A stretch of DNA of 64,000 nucleotides, taken from the IMG/VR virus record IMGVR_UViG_3300044796_000394; one strand, given 5' to 3'. A program made the translations under genes and the position numbers. Every line of letters begins with the position of its first letter. Within the stretch, counting starts at the first letter, position 1. Source of the stretch: a virus. Lineage: Duplodnaviria; Heunggongvirae; Uroviricota; Caudoviricetes. The notes under the pieces are model-generated. The model was given only the letters and a program-made list of their open reading frames with translations. It was not told the origin of the DNA and did no database searches. Below are positions 29,409 to 38,608 of the stretch, one piece after another.

Positions 29409-30359
29409 ATGAAGGATAATACGATGATTGATGCGAAAGATATGCAAGAAAAGATGGCTCTCTGGGAAAAAACTGGCCTTCTCAAAGGTCTTTCTGACGA
29501 TAAAAAATTGGCAGTTTCAATTTTGATGGAAAATCAAAGGGTTTTAAATGAAAGCCATGACGATCAATCAGTGAAACGCTTCAATATACCTCTTGTTAGA
29601 AGATGGGTTGGTAATACCGTCTTATTTGATTTAGTGTCAGTCCAAGCATTGACAGAAGCCAATTCTGAAATTTACCATTTTAGCAAAAACACGTTAATAT
29701 CTTCGGAAGTCAAAACGACACCTCGAAAAATGAAAACGTCTTGGAGTCTTGAAGCCACTCAATCATTACGATCATGTAACGGTATTGATGCCGAGATGGA
29801 CTTGTTGAGCATTATAGCAGCAGAACTTACACTAGAAGTTGATCGTTCCGTTATTAGCGAAATGCGAATTAACGCTGCTTTACATAAAAAGATAAACTTT
29901 AAGTATCTGTCAGGAACATATCAAGAAAAAAATGAAATTGTCAAACAGCAAATTTACAATGTCGGCAAAGAATCCAGTGAAATGTATGGTCGCTCTTTCC
30001 CCAATTGGATGATCTGCTCTCCTGAAATGAGAGAATCTGTCGGTAATAATACCAGCAAAAAAACTCGTTCGTGGAATTTGGGGGTTCGGAAAGAAGGGGT
30101 CTTTGAGTTTGAAGATGCCACTATTAATATTTACAGCGATCCCCTTTTCCCTGTTGGTACAGTTCTCCTTGGATACAAAGGTGAACACGTATGCGACTCA
30201 GGTTATGTGTTTGCCCCGCACTTGATGGTTCAGGCATCACCCGTAGTTCTTGATCCTGATGACTTTGTCCCACGACGACAGTTACTCAGCCAATTCAGCG
30301 GCAACCTCATTAATCCCACTTATTATTCCACTTTGGAAGTTAAAGATTTTCTCGCCTAA
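29409..30359 (+). CDS. capsid protein, T4 gp23/gp24 family (compact form)
   Basis: ILMENQRVLNE aligns with T4 IIAKIFENQEK, LGYKGEHVCDSGYVFAPHLMV with VGYKGPNEMDAGIYYAPYVAL, and DPDDFVP with DPKNFQP. Confidence 0.6.
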   Translation: MKDNTMIDAKDMQEKMALWEKTGLLKGLSDDKKLAVSILMENQRVLNESHDDQSVKRFNIPLVRRWVGNTVLFDLVSVQALTEANSEIYHFSKNTLISSEVKTTPRKMKTSWSLEATQSLRSCNGIDAEMDLLSIIAAELTLEVDRSVISEMRINAALHKKINFKYLSGTYQEKNEIVKQQIYNVGKESSEMYGRSFPNWMICSPEMRESVGNNTSKKTRSWNLGVRKEGVFEFEDATINIYSDPLFPVGTVLLGYKGEHVCDSGYVFAPHLMVQASPVVLDPDDFVPRRQLLSQFSGNLINPTYYSTLEVKDFLA

Positions 30360-31144
30360 TGAGATATGAGCAAAAAGATGCGCTAGATAGGTTTTATACC
30401 AACCGTGAAACTGCCTCTCGTTGTGTATCGTTGCTTGATTTAACACAGTATGAATTGATTGTAGAACCATCAGCGGGGGATGGTTCTTTTGTGGATGCTA
30501 TCAAAGTATCCCACTTGATTGCCTTGGACATCAACCCCGGTAGAGAAGATATTCAACAAGCCGATTTTTTTGACTTTACGACATCTATTGATGCTTCCAA
30601 AGTATTAGTCATAGGAAATCCGCCTTTTGGGAAACAAAACAGTCTGGCCTTAAAGTTCATCGCCCACGCTTCCAAGTGGGCGGATACAATTGCCTTCATT
30701 TTACCTTTGTCTTTTATGAAGCCATCGGTTCAAAATAAAATCAATCCGACATTTCATCTTTTTGTTTGTGAAGAGCTTCCGCCAATCAGCTTCTTATTTA
30801 ATGGGGTGCCTTATGATGTGCCTTGCGTATTTCAGATTTGGCGAAAAGGTGAATTGCGAAAACCGCAACGACCAGATACACCCATAGGGTTTGAATATAC
30901 CAATTCCAATTATGGCAACGTTTGTGTGAGACGGGTTGGATATTATGCGGGCAAGGCATCCGATGATATGACGAAAAACAAGGAATCTCATTTTTTCTTG
31001 AAAGTAGACACCAATAAGGTAGACACGGTTATTGCCGGGCTAAATCAACAAGTCTGGAATCATAAAAACACCGTTGGGCCACGAACGGTATCTCGCTTCG
31101 ATCTCAATCCCATTATTAATGGCATTCTCAAAGAAAATTGTTGA
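30359..31144 (+). CDS. small N6-adenine DNA methyltransferase (NPPF)
   Basis: FYTNRETA, EPSAGDGSF (motif I), VIGNPPFG (motif IV). Confidence 0.75.
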   Translation: MRYEQKDALDRFYTNRETASRCVSLLDLTQYELIVEPSAGDGSFVDAIKVSHLIALDINPGREDIQQADFFDFTTSIDASKVLVIGNPPFGKQNSLALKFIAHASKWADTIAFILPLSFMKPSVQNKINPTFHLFVCEELPPISFLFNGVPYDVPCVFQIWRKGELRKPQRPDTPIGFEYTNSNYGNVCVRRVGYYAGKASDDMTKNKESHFFLKVDTNKVDTVIAGLNQQVWNHKNTVGPRTVSRFDLNPIINGILKENC

Positions 31145-31169
31145 CAAGTGATATGGGATAGGTTATAGT
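31141..31169 (+). promoter_or_regulatory. sigma-70-type promoter
   Basis: TTGACA, 17-nt spacer, TATAGT. AGGAG ribosome-binding site 7 nt before the ATG at 31215. Confidence 0.6.
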
Positions 31170-31214
31170 CTTTTGTAATCCGGGTTCTTTCTACCCGGCA
31201 CACAGGAGAATCCC

Positions 31215-32825
31215 ATGAAGGATTGGATTGAGGCCAATGTCGGCAAGCTCATCGCTGCCGGTATTGCCTTTGTACTGTTCGTGATTGTTGGTATCATCAC
31301 TTACAGCAGTGTCCGCATCGACGTTCCGGCAGAACACATTGCCGTTTTGACACGGAATACCGGCGAAGACATCGATAACGGCGATGCGGTGGCACCTGAT
31401 GCCAACCACAAAGGGCTGCAACTCGGTGTGTTAACCGAAGGCCGACACTTTTACAATCCGTATTCGTGGTCGTCCAACGTCTACCCGATGATTACCATCC
31501 CTGACGGCAAGCTCGGCGTTCGCATCCGCCAATACGGGAAGAACCTTCCCTACGGCGACTTCCTTGCCACGCAGGAAGATCAGAAGGGTATCGTGCCCGA
31601 AGTGCTTCGCCCCGGACGCTATCCCATCAATGGCGTGATCAAGGGTGAAGAAGCCAAACGCCCCAAAAACGACTATGTGGAAATCATCGAGCTTTACACG
31701 CCGGTCACCATTCCCGCCGGATACCGTGGGGTGGTTGCCAATCTCGCCGGGCCGCTTCCCGAAAATCCCAACGTGATCCTCGTTCCAAAGGGTTGCCGTG
31801 GCGTTCAAGAGGAAACGCTCGATACGGGAACCTACTACCTGAACCCATACCTTCACCGTGTTAACGTTGTGGATTGCCGCTCGCAACGGTTCAATCTCGC
31901 CGAAACGGTAGACATGGGCTTTCCGAGCCGGGATGGATTTTGGGTGTCCCTCGACGGCATCATCGAGTTCCGTGTCGATCCAGCCAAGGCCGCACATGTA
32001 TTCGTCGTCTACAACGAAACCTCTAACGACAATGTCGCCGACTCCATCATCCACGACGAATTGATCCGCAAGGTCATCATGCCGAACGCCCGCTCATTCT
32101 GCCGACTGAAAGGGTCGGACAAGTCGGGCCGGGACTTCATCGGCGGCGAAACCCGGATTGAATTCCAGAAAGATTTCCAAACGGCAATGGCGAAATCGTG
32201 CCGTCTCGAAGGCGTGGATGTCGTCCAAGCACTGATTACGAAGATTAACCCGCCGCAAGCAATCGCCAAGCCGGTTCGGGATCGAGAAGTCGCCCACCAA
32301 AAGCAACAGCAATACGTGGAGCAGAAAAAGCAGCAAGTGGCCGAAGCGATGCTGGCGACGGAAAAGGCATTGATCGCCCAACGTCAAGCACTGGTCACAA
32401 CGGAAACGACTGTGATACAGAACACGACCACTGCGAAGCAAAACCAGCAGGTGAAAGTCACCGAAGCAAATCGGGACTTGTCGGTTGGCAAGGCCGATCT
32501 CGAAGCAGCGAAGGATAAAGCCTCAGCGGTTCTTGCCGGGAAGAAAGCCGAAGCCGGGGTTATCGACTTCCAAAATCTCGCTGATGCTGCCGGTTGGAAA
32601 ACGGCGGTAGACGCATTGGGAGGCGATGGCGAAGCCTATGCCCGGTTCGTTCTCTACCAGAAGTTAGCACCGGCATTCAAGAAGATGATGGTTAACACTG
32701 GCGATAGCCCACTCATGAAAATCTTTGAGGGCTTCAACAAGGATAACCAAAAACCGGCACCACCGGCAGGCGCACCGAAACCGGTTGCTGCATTGCCGGA
32801 ACCGAAACCGCTCGAAAAGAAATAA
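31215..32825 (+). CDS. SPFH/band-7 (flotillin/YqiK-like) membrane protein 1
   Basis: N-terminal transmembrane segment, SPFH-like core, C-terminal coiled coil (QKQQQYVEQKKQQVAEAMLATEKAL). GC-rich relative to its flanks. Confidence 0.65.
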   Translation: MKDWIEANVGKLIAAGIAFVLFVIVGIITYSSVRIDVPAEHIAVLTRNTGEDIDNGDAVAPDANHKGLQLGVLTEGRHFYNPYSWSSNVYPMITIPDGKLGVRIRQYGKNLPYGDFLATQEDQKGIVPEVLRPGRYPINGVIKGEEAKRPKNDYVEIIELYTPVTIPAGYRGVVANLAGPLPENPNVILVPKGCRGVQEETLDTGTYYLNPYLHRVNVVDCRSQRFNLAETVDMGFPSRDGFWVSLDGIIEFRVDPAKAAHVFVVYNETSNDNVADSIIHDELIRKVIMPNARSFCRLKGSDKSGRDFIGGETRIEFQKDFQTAMAKSCRLEGVDVVQALITKINPPQAIAKPVRDREVAHQKQQQYVEQKKQQVAEAMLATEKALIAQRQALVTTETTVIQNTTTAKQNQQVKVTEANRDLSVGKADLEAAKDKASAVLAGKKAEAGVIDFQNLADAAGWKTAVDALGGDGEAYARFVLYQKLAPAFKKMMVNTGDSPLMKIFEGFNKDNQKPAPPAGAPKPVAALPEPKPLEKK

Positions 32826-32876
32826 CCCTCACCCCACTCTTACTTTCCCCTTAACATTGAAACAGGAGATTGCGTC

Positions 32877-34469
32877 GTGAACTGGAAACTCAAATTCGGC
32901 TTGCTTGGATTGCTCGCCGTGATGGTGATCTATGTCGGCGTGGATTGGCTTTGGAACCGGGTACAAGTTCCAGACGGCCACAGCCTGCAACTGCGATACA
33001 AAGGTCCGATGTTCTTCGGTAAACACAATCAAGCCGAAGCAGGCAATTGGGCCAAAGAAGGCGAAGTCGGCATTTTGGAAAAACTCCGTGGGCCGGGCCG
33101 ACACTTCTACTGCCCGATCTGGTGGGAACGTACGATTGTGCCGGATGTGATCGTCAAGCCGGGTGAAGTCGGCTTGGTGACGTGCAAGTTGGGTGCCTCC
33201 TTGCCAGAAGGCGAATTCCTCGTAGACGGCGAAATCGGGGATACGAAATTCAAGGGAACGCTTCGGAAGGTATTGGGGCCGGGTCGCTACCGGGTTAACC
33301 CTTACGGCTACGAAGTGAAAGTTGTTGGCACCCACACCATTGACTCTGGCAACGCCAAGAAGCAATCTGGTTGGGTTAACATTCCAACAGGATACGTCGG
33401 CGTCGTTTCCAACTTGGCTGACAATCCGATTACTCACCAGAAAACCGGCATTCAAGACAAGGTTCTGCCTCCCGGCCTGTATCCGATGAATCCGGCTGAA
33501 CAACACGTGGACGTTGTGGAAATCGGCTTCCACGAAACCCACATTGACATTACCAGCGGTGGAAAGAACACGCTGGAAATGGCCAAGGCGGATGAAGAAG
33601 GAAATAACCTCGATGCGACATTGACCGGGGGTATTAACTTCCCATCAGCGGACGGGTTCAGCATCACGATGGACTATACGGCAGTGTGGGGGCTGATGCC
33701 AAATCAAGCCCCGAATGCTATCCGCAAGTTCGGCAACGTCGGCCTTGTGGAGCAGAAGGTGGTGTTGCCACAAATCGAATCGATCTGCCGCAACAATGGT
33801 TCCGAATATCCGGCAGTGAAGCTGTTGGTCGGCGAACAGCGAGAAATCTTCCAGAACAAGACTCTGACTGAATTCCAAGCTGTTCTGGCAGCAAAAGACA
33901 TTACCTTACTCTACGGATTGGTACGGCACATCTATATTCCAACAGATGTTCGCCGTCCTATTCAAACGGCATACATTGCCGACGAGTTGAAGCTGACACG
34001 GGAAGTGGAACAGCTAACGGCCAAAAAGGAAGCCGAATTGCGGGAAGCAGAGCGAAAGGTTGAACAGGCAACACTCGAAACCAACGCTCTGACGACGAAG
34101 TTGGTTGCCGAAAAATTGGCAGACGGTGACAAGATAGTTGCCGAAACGGACGCCGAAACCCGGAAGCTGGTTGCCACAATTAACAAGCAAACCGCCGAAT
34201 TGAAGGCGCAAGCGACACTTGTGGCAGGGCAAGCGGAAGGTGAAGGCAAGATGGCTATCGAGACGGCGAAAGCCAGCAAGTTCAAGATGGCTGTGACCGC
34301 CTTTGGAACACCCGCTGCCTACAATAATTGGGTGTTCGCTACCGCTCTGCCCGATGGATTGGAATTGAACCTGTTCTATTCGGGCACCGGAACCCTGTGG
34401 ACGGACTTGAACGGCGGTAAGTTCAACATTAACGTGCCAGCACCGGCAGCAGAAGCTCCGAAGAAGTAA
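32877..34469 (+). CDS. SPFH/band-7 (flotillin-like) membrane protein 2 (paralog)
   Basis: GTG start with an AGGAG ribosome-binding site and an N-terminal transmembrane segment. Shares blocks with gene 1 (GxGRYxVNP, coiled-coil tail). Confidence 0.65.
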   Translation: MNWKLKFGLLGLLAVMVIYVGVDWLWNRVQVPDGHSLQLRYKGPMFFGKHNQAEAGNWAKEGEVGILEKLRGPGRHFYCPIWWERTIVPDVIVKPGEVGLVTCKLGASLPEGEFLVDGEIGDTKFKGTLRKVLGPGRYRVNPYGYEVKVVGTHTIDSGNAKKQSGWVNIPTGYVGVVSNLADNPITHQKTGIQDKVLPPGLYPMNPAEQHVDVVEIGFHETHIDITSGGKNTLEMAKADEEGNNLDATLTGGINFPSADGFSITMDYTAVWGLMPNQAPNAIRKFGNVGLVEQKVVLPQIESICRNNGSEYPAVKLLVGEQREIFQNKTLTEFQAVLAAKDITLLYGLVRHIYIPTDVRRPIQTAYIADELKLTREVEQLTAKKEAELREAERKVEQATLETNALTTKLVAEKLADGDKIVAETDAETRKLVATINKQTAELKAQATLVAGQAEGEGKMAIETAKASKFKMAVTAFGTPAAYNNWVFATALPDGLELNLFYSGTGTLWTDLNGGKFNINVPAPAAEAPKK

Positions 34470-34482
34470 TCCGTGTCATGTT

Positions 34483-34511
34483 GCCGGGGTAGCAATACCC
34501 CGGCGTTTTTT
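34483..34511 (+). terminator. rho-independent terminator
   Basis: gccggggta-gcaa-taccccggc hairpin, then gtttttt. Confidence 0.7.
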
Positions 34512-34535
34512 CCACCTTCAATTTTAGGCTTCATC

Positions 34536-34964
34536 ATGCGATGGCAACCATATCTGACAAATGCCTCGGTGGCTTCCATTACTTCCGCATCCATTAAGCT
34601 AGATGCGGAGCATTATGGAGAATGGTTTAAGGATTTGGACAATCCTACGGATGAAGAGGTCGCCAATTACTTTCGCCACTTCTTTTCTGGTATGAGTGAT
34701 GAGTGGGAAATTCCTATCAATGGCAATTTCCGCATCGATAAATTCGAAGGCGAGTTGGATGATCTTCCAAAAGGAACAGTTGTCCAAGAGGGCAAAGAGG
34801 AAATGAAGCGACTAGATGTTAATAAAATTCAAGTCATCATAGATGGCGAAATTTACATCCTCGAAGCCGCTGCTCCAATCCGAGCCAAACGAGTTGATGC
34901 CGAACAAGAAGAAACAGAAACAAAGCCTCTCAAGCAAAAAGCAATGGAACCGCCTTACGAGTGA
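34536..34964 (+). CDS. hypothetical acidic protein
   Basis: 142-aa ORF. Confidence 0.45.
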   Translation: MRWQPYLTNASVASITSASIKLDAEHYGEWFKDLDNPTDEEVANYFRHFFSGMSDEWEIPINGNFRIDKFEGELDDLPKGTVVQEGKEEMKRLDVNKIQVIIDGEIYILEAAAPIRAKRVDAEQEETETKPLKQKAMEPPYE

Positions 34965-35000
34965 CCATACACCACTTATCACAACTAATGGACTAAAAAA

Positions 35001-35612
35001 ATGGGCTTCTCCTTCATCATTGATACCGACAAATACGCAGGTAATTTTGAACGAGAAATCTGTGCTTTTGTCACGGGTCGTATCGGTGAAGACGGCGTTG
35101 GTGAAGAAGAAGGCACCCAATACATCAAAGACGGCTACGATCCATTGGAATTTGTTGAGAACCGCTTTGATGAAGATGATCTTGAGGATGATACATATCG
35201 ACCAGTTAATGTTTATCCTACACCGGGATGGTTCAACCACGGACTAGGCAAAGAATTCAAAGACGGGGAAGAGGAAAAGGCTCTCAAAATACTCAAGCAG
35301 GATGCTGCCGATAACTGCAAGAAGCAAAATGATAAAATCAAAAATTATAAGCATTGGCCACTGGAGTCACGGGAACAATCTATCAAGCAAAATACAGAAA
35401 CAATGCTTGCGGTTGTTCAGCGTGAAACCATCATCAAGTACCCCGCCTATCTATCGGTAGCCATTTTTTGCAGCCGTCAACCTACCACAGACGAAATGTT
35501 TTTCATGCAAGAGCGGGCCAGACTCTATGTCAAAGACCGTAATATTAACATCAGTGGTTTCCGTTTACTTGTTGATTCCAAGCCGGAACTTATCAACGAG
35601 AAGGACATGTAG
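35001..35612 (+). CDS. hypothetical acidic protein
   Basis: 203-aa ORF. Confidence 0.45.
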   Translation: MGFSFIIDTDKYAGNFEREICAFVTGRIGEDGVGEEEGTQYIKDGYDPLEFVENRFDEDDLEDDTYRPVNVYPTPGWFNHGLGKEFKDGEEEKALKILKQDAADNCKKQNDKIKNYKHWPLESREQSIKQNTETMLAVVQRETIIKYPAYLSVAIFCSRQPTTDEMFFMQERARLYVKDRNINISGFRLLVDSKPELINEKDM

Positions 35613-36734
35613 ATCGCTACATTGCTGAGGGTGAGCAATTGCGACATTTCGTTTCTCATTTGGGTCGGTATCTAAATTGTACAGTTCACTTGTTTCGGTG
35701 TTGTGTGTGTAGATGTATTTCCACTTTCCTAATCGTACCATATGCTGAGTGCCCACAAAACGGCTTCTATTAGACTTGGCAAAGGCCCAATCTTTCCATT
35801 TCTTGCCTTTCAACAAAGACGTTAAATTTCTACCTTGCCCGAATTTTTCAACACCCAACTTGCGAGCAATTGTTGTTGAAACGTCCAATGATGAACAAAC
35901 ATTGTCTTTGACACCATAATGCTCACCATCTGAGATAATCAATGGCACCTTGATTGCGCCATCGTACAGACAAGGTTTACTCCACAAGCCGTGGTGTCCC
36001 ATCATATTTCCGTGGTCAGACGTATAAATCACTTCGCTATTATTGATTAATCCAGTTGAATGAAGACTGTTCATCAATTCACCAACTCTTTCATCCATCC
36101 ACATAATCATTCCATAATATGATGCCAATACTTTTCTGGATTCTTCTCTGGTGAGTTTGGGTTGATTGACAAATTTGGCAGCACCTTCGTGTGCAGGCCA
36201 CGGGGGGTTTGGAAACTGTATTTGATCCATGAATCGATCAACATATCTTTTTGCTGGAACCGCCAAAGGTGGATGTGGTGCCAAGTAATTCAGCATGGCA
36301 AAAAATGGTTGTTTGGGTGCCCCTTCAAATAAACGACATACATGTCTGGTTGATAGAATGTCATGCTTATGATTTTTATTAACTTCTACATTTTTGGCCT
36401 TTAGGAGTTTTGGTCTATGGTTTCTTTTTTGAGCAAATCTCGGACAAAGAAGATTGAATTTACCTTTGATCGTACTCATTTTGCCGACATAAAAGGAGTG
36501 TATTTCTTGTTGTGATAGTTTATAGGCAAGTGCTGGTTTTTGAGAGTTTGATTGACCGGAGAGAAAGAGTGATCTTGCCGAAGTGCATGAAGGACTGGCA
36601 GCGTAGCAATTGGTTAAGGTTGTTCCATTTTTTGCGAGCAAGTCCAAGTTTGGGGTATGAGCAATTTGATTTCCGGCACAACCCATGAAGTTGTGATTGT
36701 GTCCATCTGACATAATAAGAATAACATTTTTCAT
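35565..36734 (-). CDS. sulfatase / alkaline-phosphatase-superfamily enzyme
   Basis: N-terminal ILIMSDGHNHNF metal-binding start. CTSAR at the position of the C-x-P-x-R formylglycine motif, so the proline is replaced. DHG and H motifs downstream. Confidence 0.65.
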   Translation of the reverse strand: MKNVILIMSDGHNHNFMGCAGNQIAHTPNLDLLAKNGTTLTNCYAASPSCTSARSLFLSGQSNSQKPALAYKLSQQEIHSFYVGKMSTIKGKFNLLCPRFAQKRNHRPKLLKAKNVEVNKNHKHDILSTRHVCRLFEGAPKQPFFAMLNYLAPHPPLAVPAKRYVDRFMDQIQFPNPPWPAHEGAAKFVNQPKLTREESRKVLASYYGMIMWMDERVGELMNSLHSTGLINNSEVIYTSDHGNMMGHHGLWSKPCLYDGAIKVPLIISDGEHYGVKDNVCSSLDVSTTIARKLGVEKFGQGRNLTSLLKGKKWKDWAFAKSNRSRFVGTQHMVRLGKWKYIYTHNTETSELYNLDTDPNEKRNVAIAHPQQCSDLHVLLVDKFRLGINK

Positions 36735-36836
36735 TTTAGATCAAATCCTTACAAGTCGTCGTATTGAGCGTTTTTTATCACACGGAATTATTTATTGACC
36801 CCTCCAACTACTTTATTTTGTTCGTGGAGGATCTCA

Positions 36837-37592
36837 ATGAAAAAATTATTTTTAGGCGTAGTGGCTGCGTTGCTGCTCGTCGGTCCGGCTTTTTCAGCCG
36901 AACCGGAAGTTAAAGTTCCCGTTGCAAAGGCCAAAGTAGCCGATGTGCCGGAACTTAAAGTCCCGACTGAAATGAAAGTTAAACCGGGTCGCCTGTTGCG
37001 AATTCCGGCTGAAACTGCTTGCAAAACCGTTATCTGGTACCTTGATTCCGCTGATGCCGATTTGGTAACTTTTGAATCAACTAAAGAAGCTGTATTTAGC
37101 AGCCCAGTACCCGGCAAATACAAAATTATCGTTTATACCGCTGCTGGTGATGTACCAAGTCAGCCATATGTTTGCGTAGTAACAGTAGAAGGTGATGTGC
37201 CTGTGCCGCCCACACCGCCCACTCCACCCGGCCCTGGTCCCGATCCAATTCCGGTGGATGTATTACTTCAAAATCTAGTTAAAGCGTATCAAGCTGATAC
37301 TACGGCTGATAAGGCTACAAAATTACAAGCACTTGTTACTTTGTGGAAAAGTGCTGCCAAAAACACAGTTAACGATGCCGACATCAAGACCACCGGAAAA
37401 CTTCTTGAAGTTCTCCACAATTCAGCTCAACAACTTTTGGGTAATGACTTAATGGGATTGAGAGAGGCCATCAGAGTTGATTTGGACTCAAAATTGCCGA
37501 AGACCGCAACAGCCGCTCTTGATGATGCTACTCGTAAAGCAATTGCCGTTCACTTTCAAAATGTAGCCGATGCGCTAGGGAAGGTTAAATAA
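36837..37592 (+). CDS. secreted protein with PT-rich linker
   Basis: Signal peptide MKKLFLGVVAALLLVGPAFSA, PVPPTPPTPPGPGPDP linker, GGAGG ribosome-binding site. Confidence 0.6.
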   Translation: MKKLFLGVVAALLLVGPAFSAEPEVKVPVAKAKVADVPELKVPTEMKVKPGRLLRIPAETACKTVIWYLDSADADLVTFESTKEAVFSSPVPGKYKIIVYTAAGDVPSQPYVCVVTVEGDVPVPPTPPTPPGPGPDPIPVDVLLQNLVKAYQADTTADKATKLQALVTLWKSAAKNTVNDADIKTTGKLLEVLHNSAQQLLGNDLMGLREAIRVDLDSKLPKTATAALDDATRKAIAVHFQNVADALGKVK

Positions 37593-38536
37593 TGCTAAAA
37601 TCATTCAAGTATAATAATGCAGAATTCTTCTTCGGATGGAAGAAGGATAATAATGCTGTAGCTCGTGTTCTCAGTCAACTTCAACATCCGTTCTTTTCGG
37701 GTGCTGCTCCTCACCTTAAGGGAACAGGTGAAAATAAGGATGTATTTTTCTGGGAAGCCGAACAAAAAGTTTTAGGTCAAGTTCTTAATTCGTGGGATCA
37801 AGGACAAGTTGGAAGTTGTGTTTCACACGGTTCAGGTCGTGCAGCACAAGACTTGTTAATTGTTCAAATCGCTTTGGGCGCTGCCGAAGAATGGGAAGGT
37901 CACGAAGTAGCCCGTGAACCGATTTATGGCGGTAGTCGCTGTGAAGTCGGTGGGCAATACGGTGATTATTCTGATGGATCGGTTGGTGCTTGGGCAGCTG
38001 AGTGGTTAAATAAGTGGGGAATTGTTCTCGGCGAAAAATACGACTCAGTGGATTTGTCAAGTTATAACGAAACTCGATGCCGTGATTGGGGTGCCAAGGG
38101 CGTTCCAAGCGATATTGAAACAATCGCTAAACAACACCATATCCAAACGACAATGGTAAGCACTGTTACCGAAGCAAGAGATGCTTTGGCAAACGGCTAT
38201 CCGATTAGCATTTGCGGTTCATTGGGCCGTACAATGCAACGTCAAGCCGGTGGATGGTGTCCGGTGTCTGGAGCATGGGCACACTGCCAAGCTCTGCGTG
38301 GCGTATGTACAGTCAAGGGTGGCACGCCTGCCTTTGTTTATCAAAATTCTTGGGGTGATTACTTGGGAAATACCAACAATGTTGTGACCTTGGAAAGTGG
38401 TCGTCAAGTGACTCTTCCGCAAGGTTGCTATCTCTCAGATTTTGATAGTGTTGGTCGTGAATTGAAACAGCAAGATACATTTGCTTATTCGCAAGCAGTT
38501 GGTTGGCCCGCTCAAACAATTAGCTGGCTAGTCTAA
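37592..38536 (+). CDS. papain-like (C1 family) cysteine peptidase
   Basis: DQGQVGSCVSHGSGRA (QGxCGSCW-type active-site Cys), a downstream His, and YQNSWGDYLG (the NSWG block). Confidence 0.55.
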   Translation: MLKSFKYNNAEFFFGWKKDNNAVARVLSQLQHPFFSGAAPHLKGTGENKDVFFWEAEQKVLGQVLNSWDQGQVGSCVSHGSGRAAQDLLIVQIALGAAEEWEGHEVAREPIYGGSRCEVGGQYGDYSDGSVGAWAAEWLNKWGIVLGEKYDSVDLSSYNETRCRDWGAKGVPSDIETIAKQHHIQTTMVSTVTEARDALANGYPISICGSLGRTMQRQAGGWCPVSGAWAHCQALRGVCTVKGGTPAFVYQNSWGDYLGNTNNVVTLESGRQVTLPQGCYLSDFDSVGRELKQQDTFAYSQAVGWPAQTISWLV

Positions 38537-38543
38537 AAAAAAG

Positions 38544-38570
38544 AAAACCTCCCTTCGGGGAGGTTTTTTT
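38544..38570 (+). terminator. rho-independent terminator
   Basis: cctccc-ttcg-gggagg hairpin with a T7 run. Confidence 0.75.
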
Positions 38571-38608
38571 GTGCTGCATACATAGAGTAACATCTAAAAG
38601 GTGAATCT

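Noticed and set aside
31431-33542. Several 100-240-aa minus-strand ORFs across the SPFH genes
   Set aside because: The GC-rich region inflates spurious open frames. The plus-strand genes have a promoter, ribosome-binding sites, transmembrane and coiled-coil architecture and a terminator.
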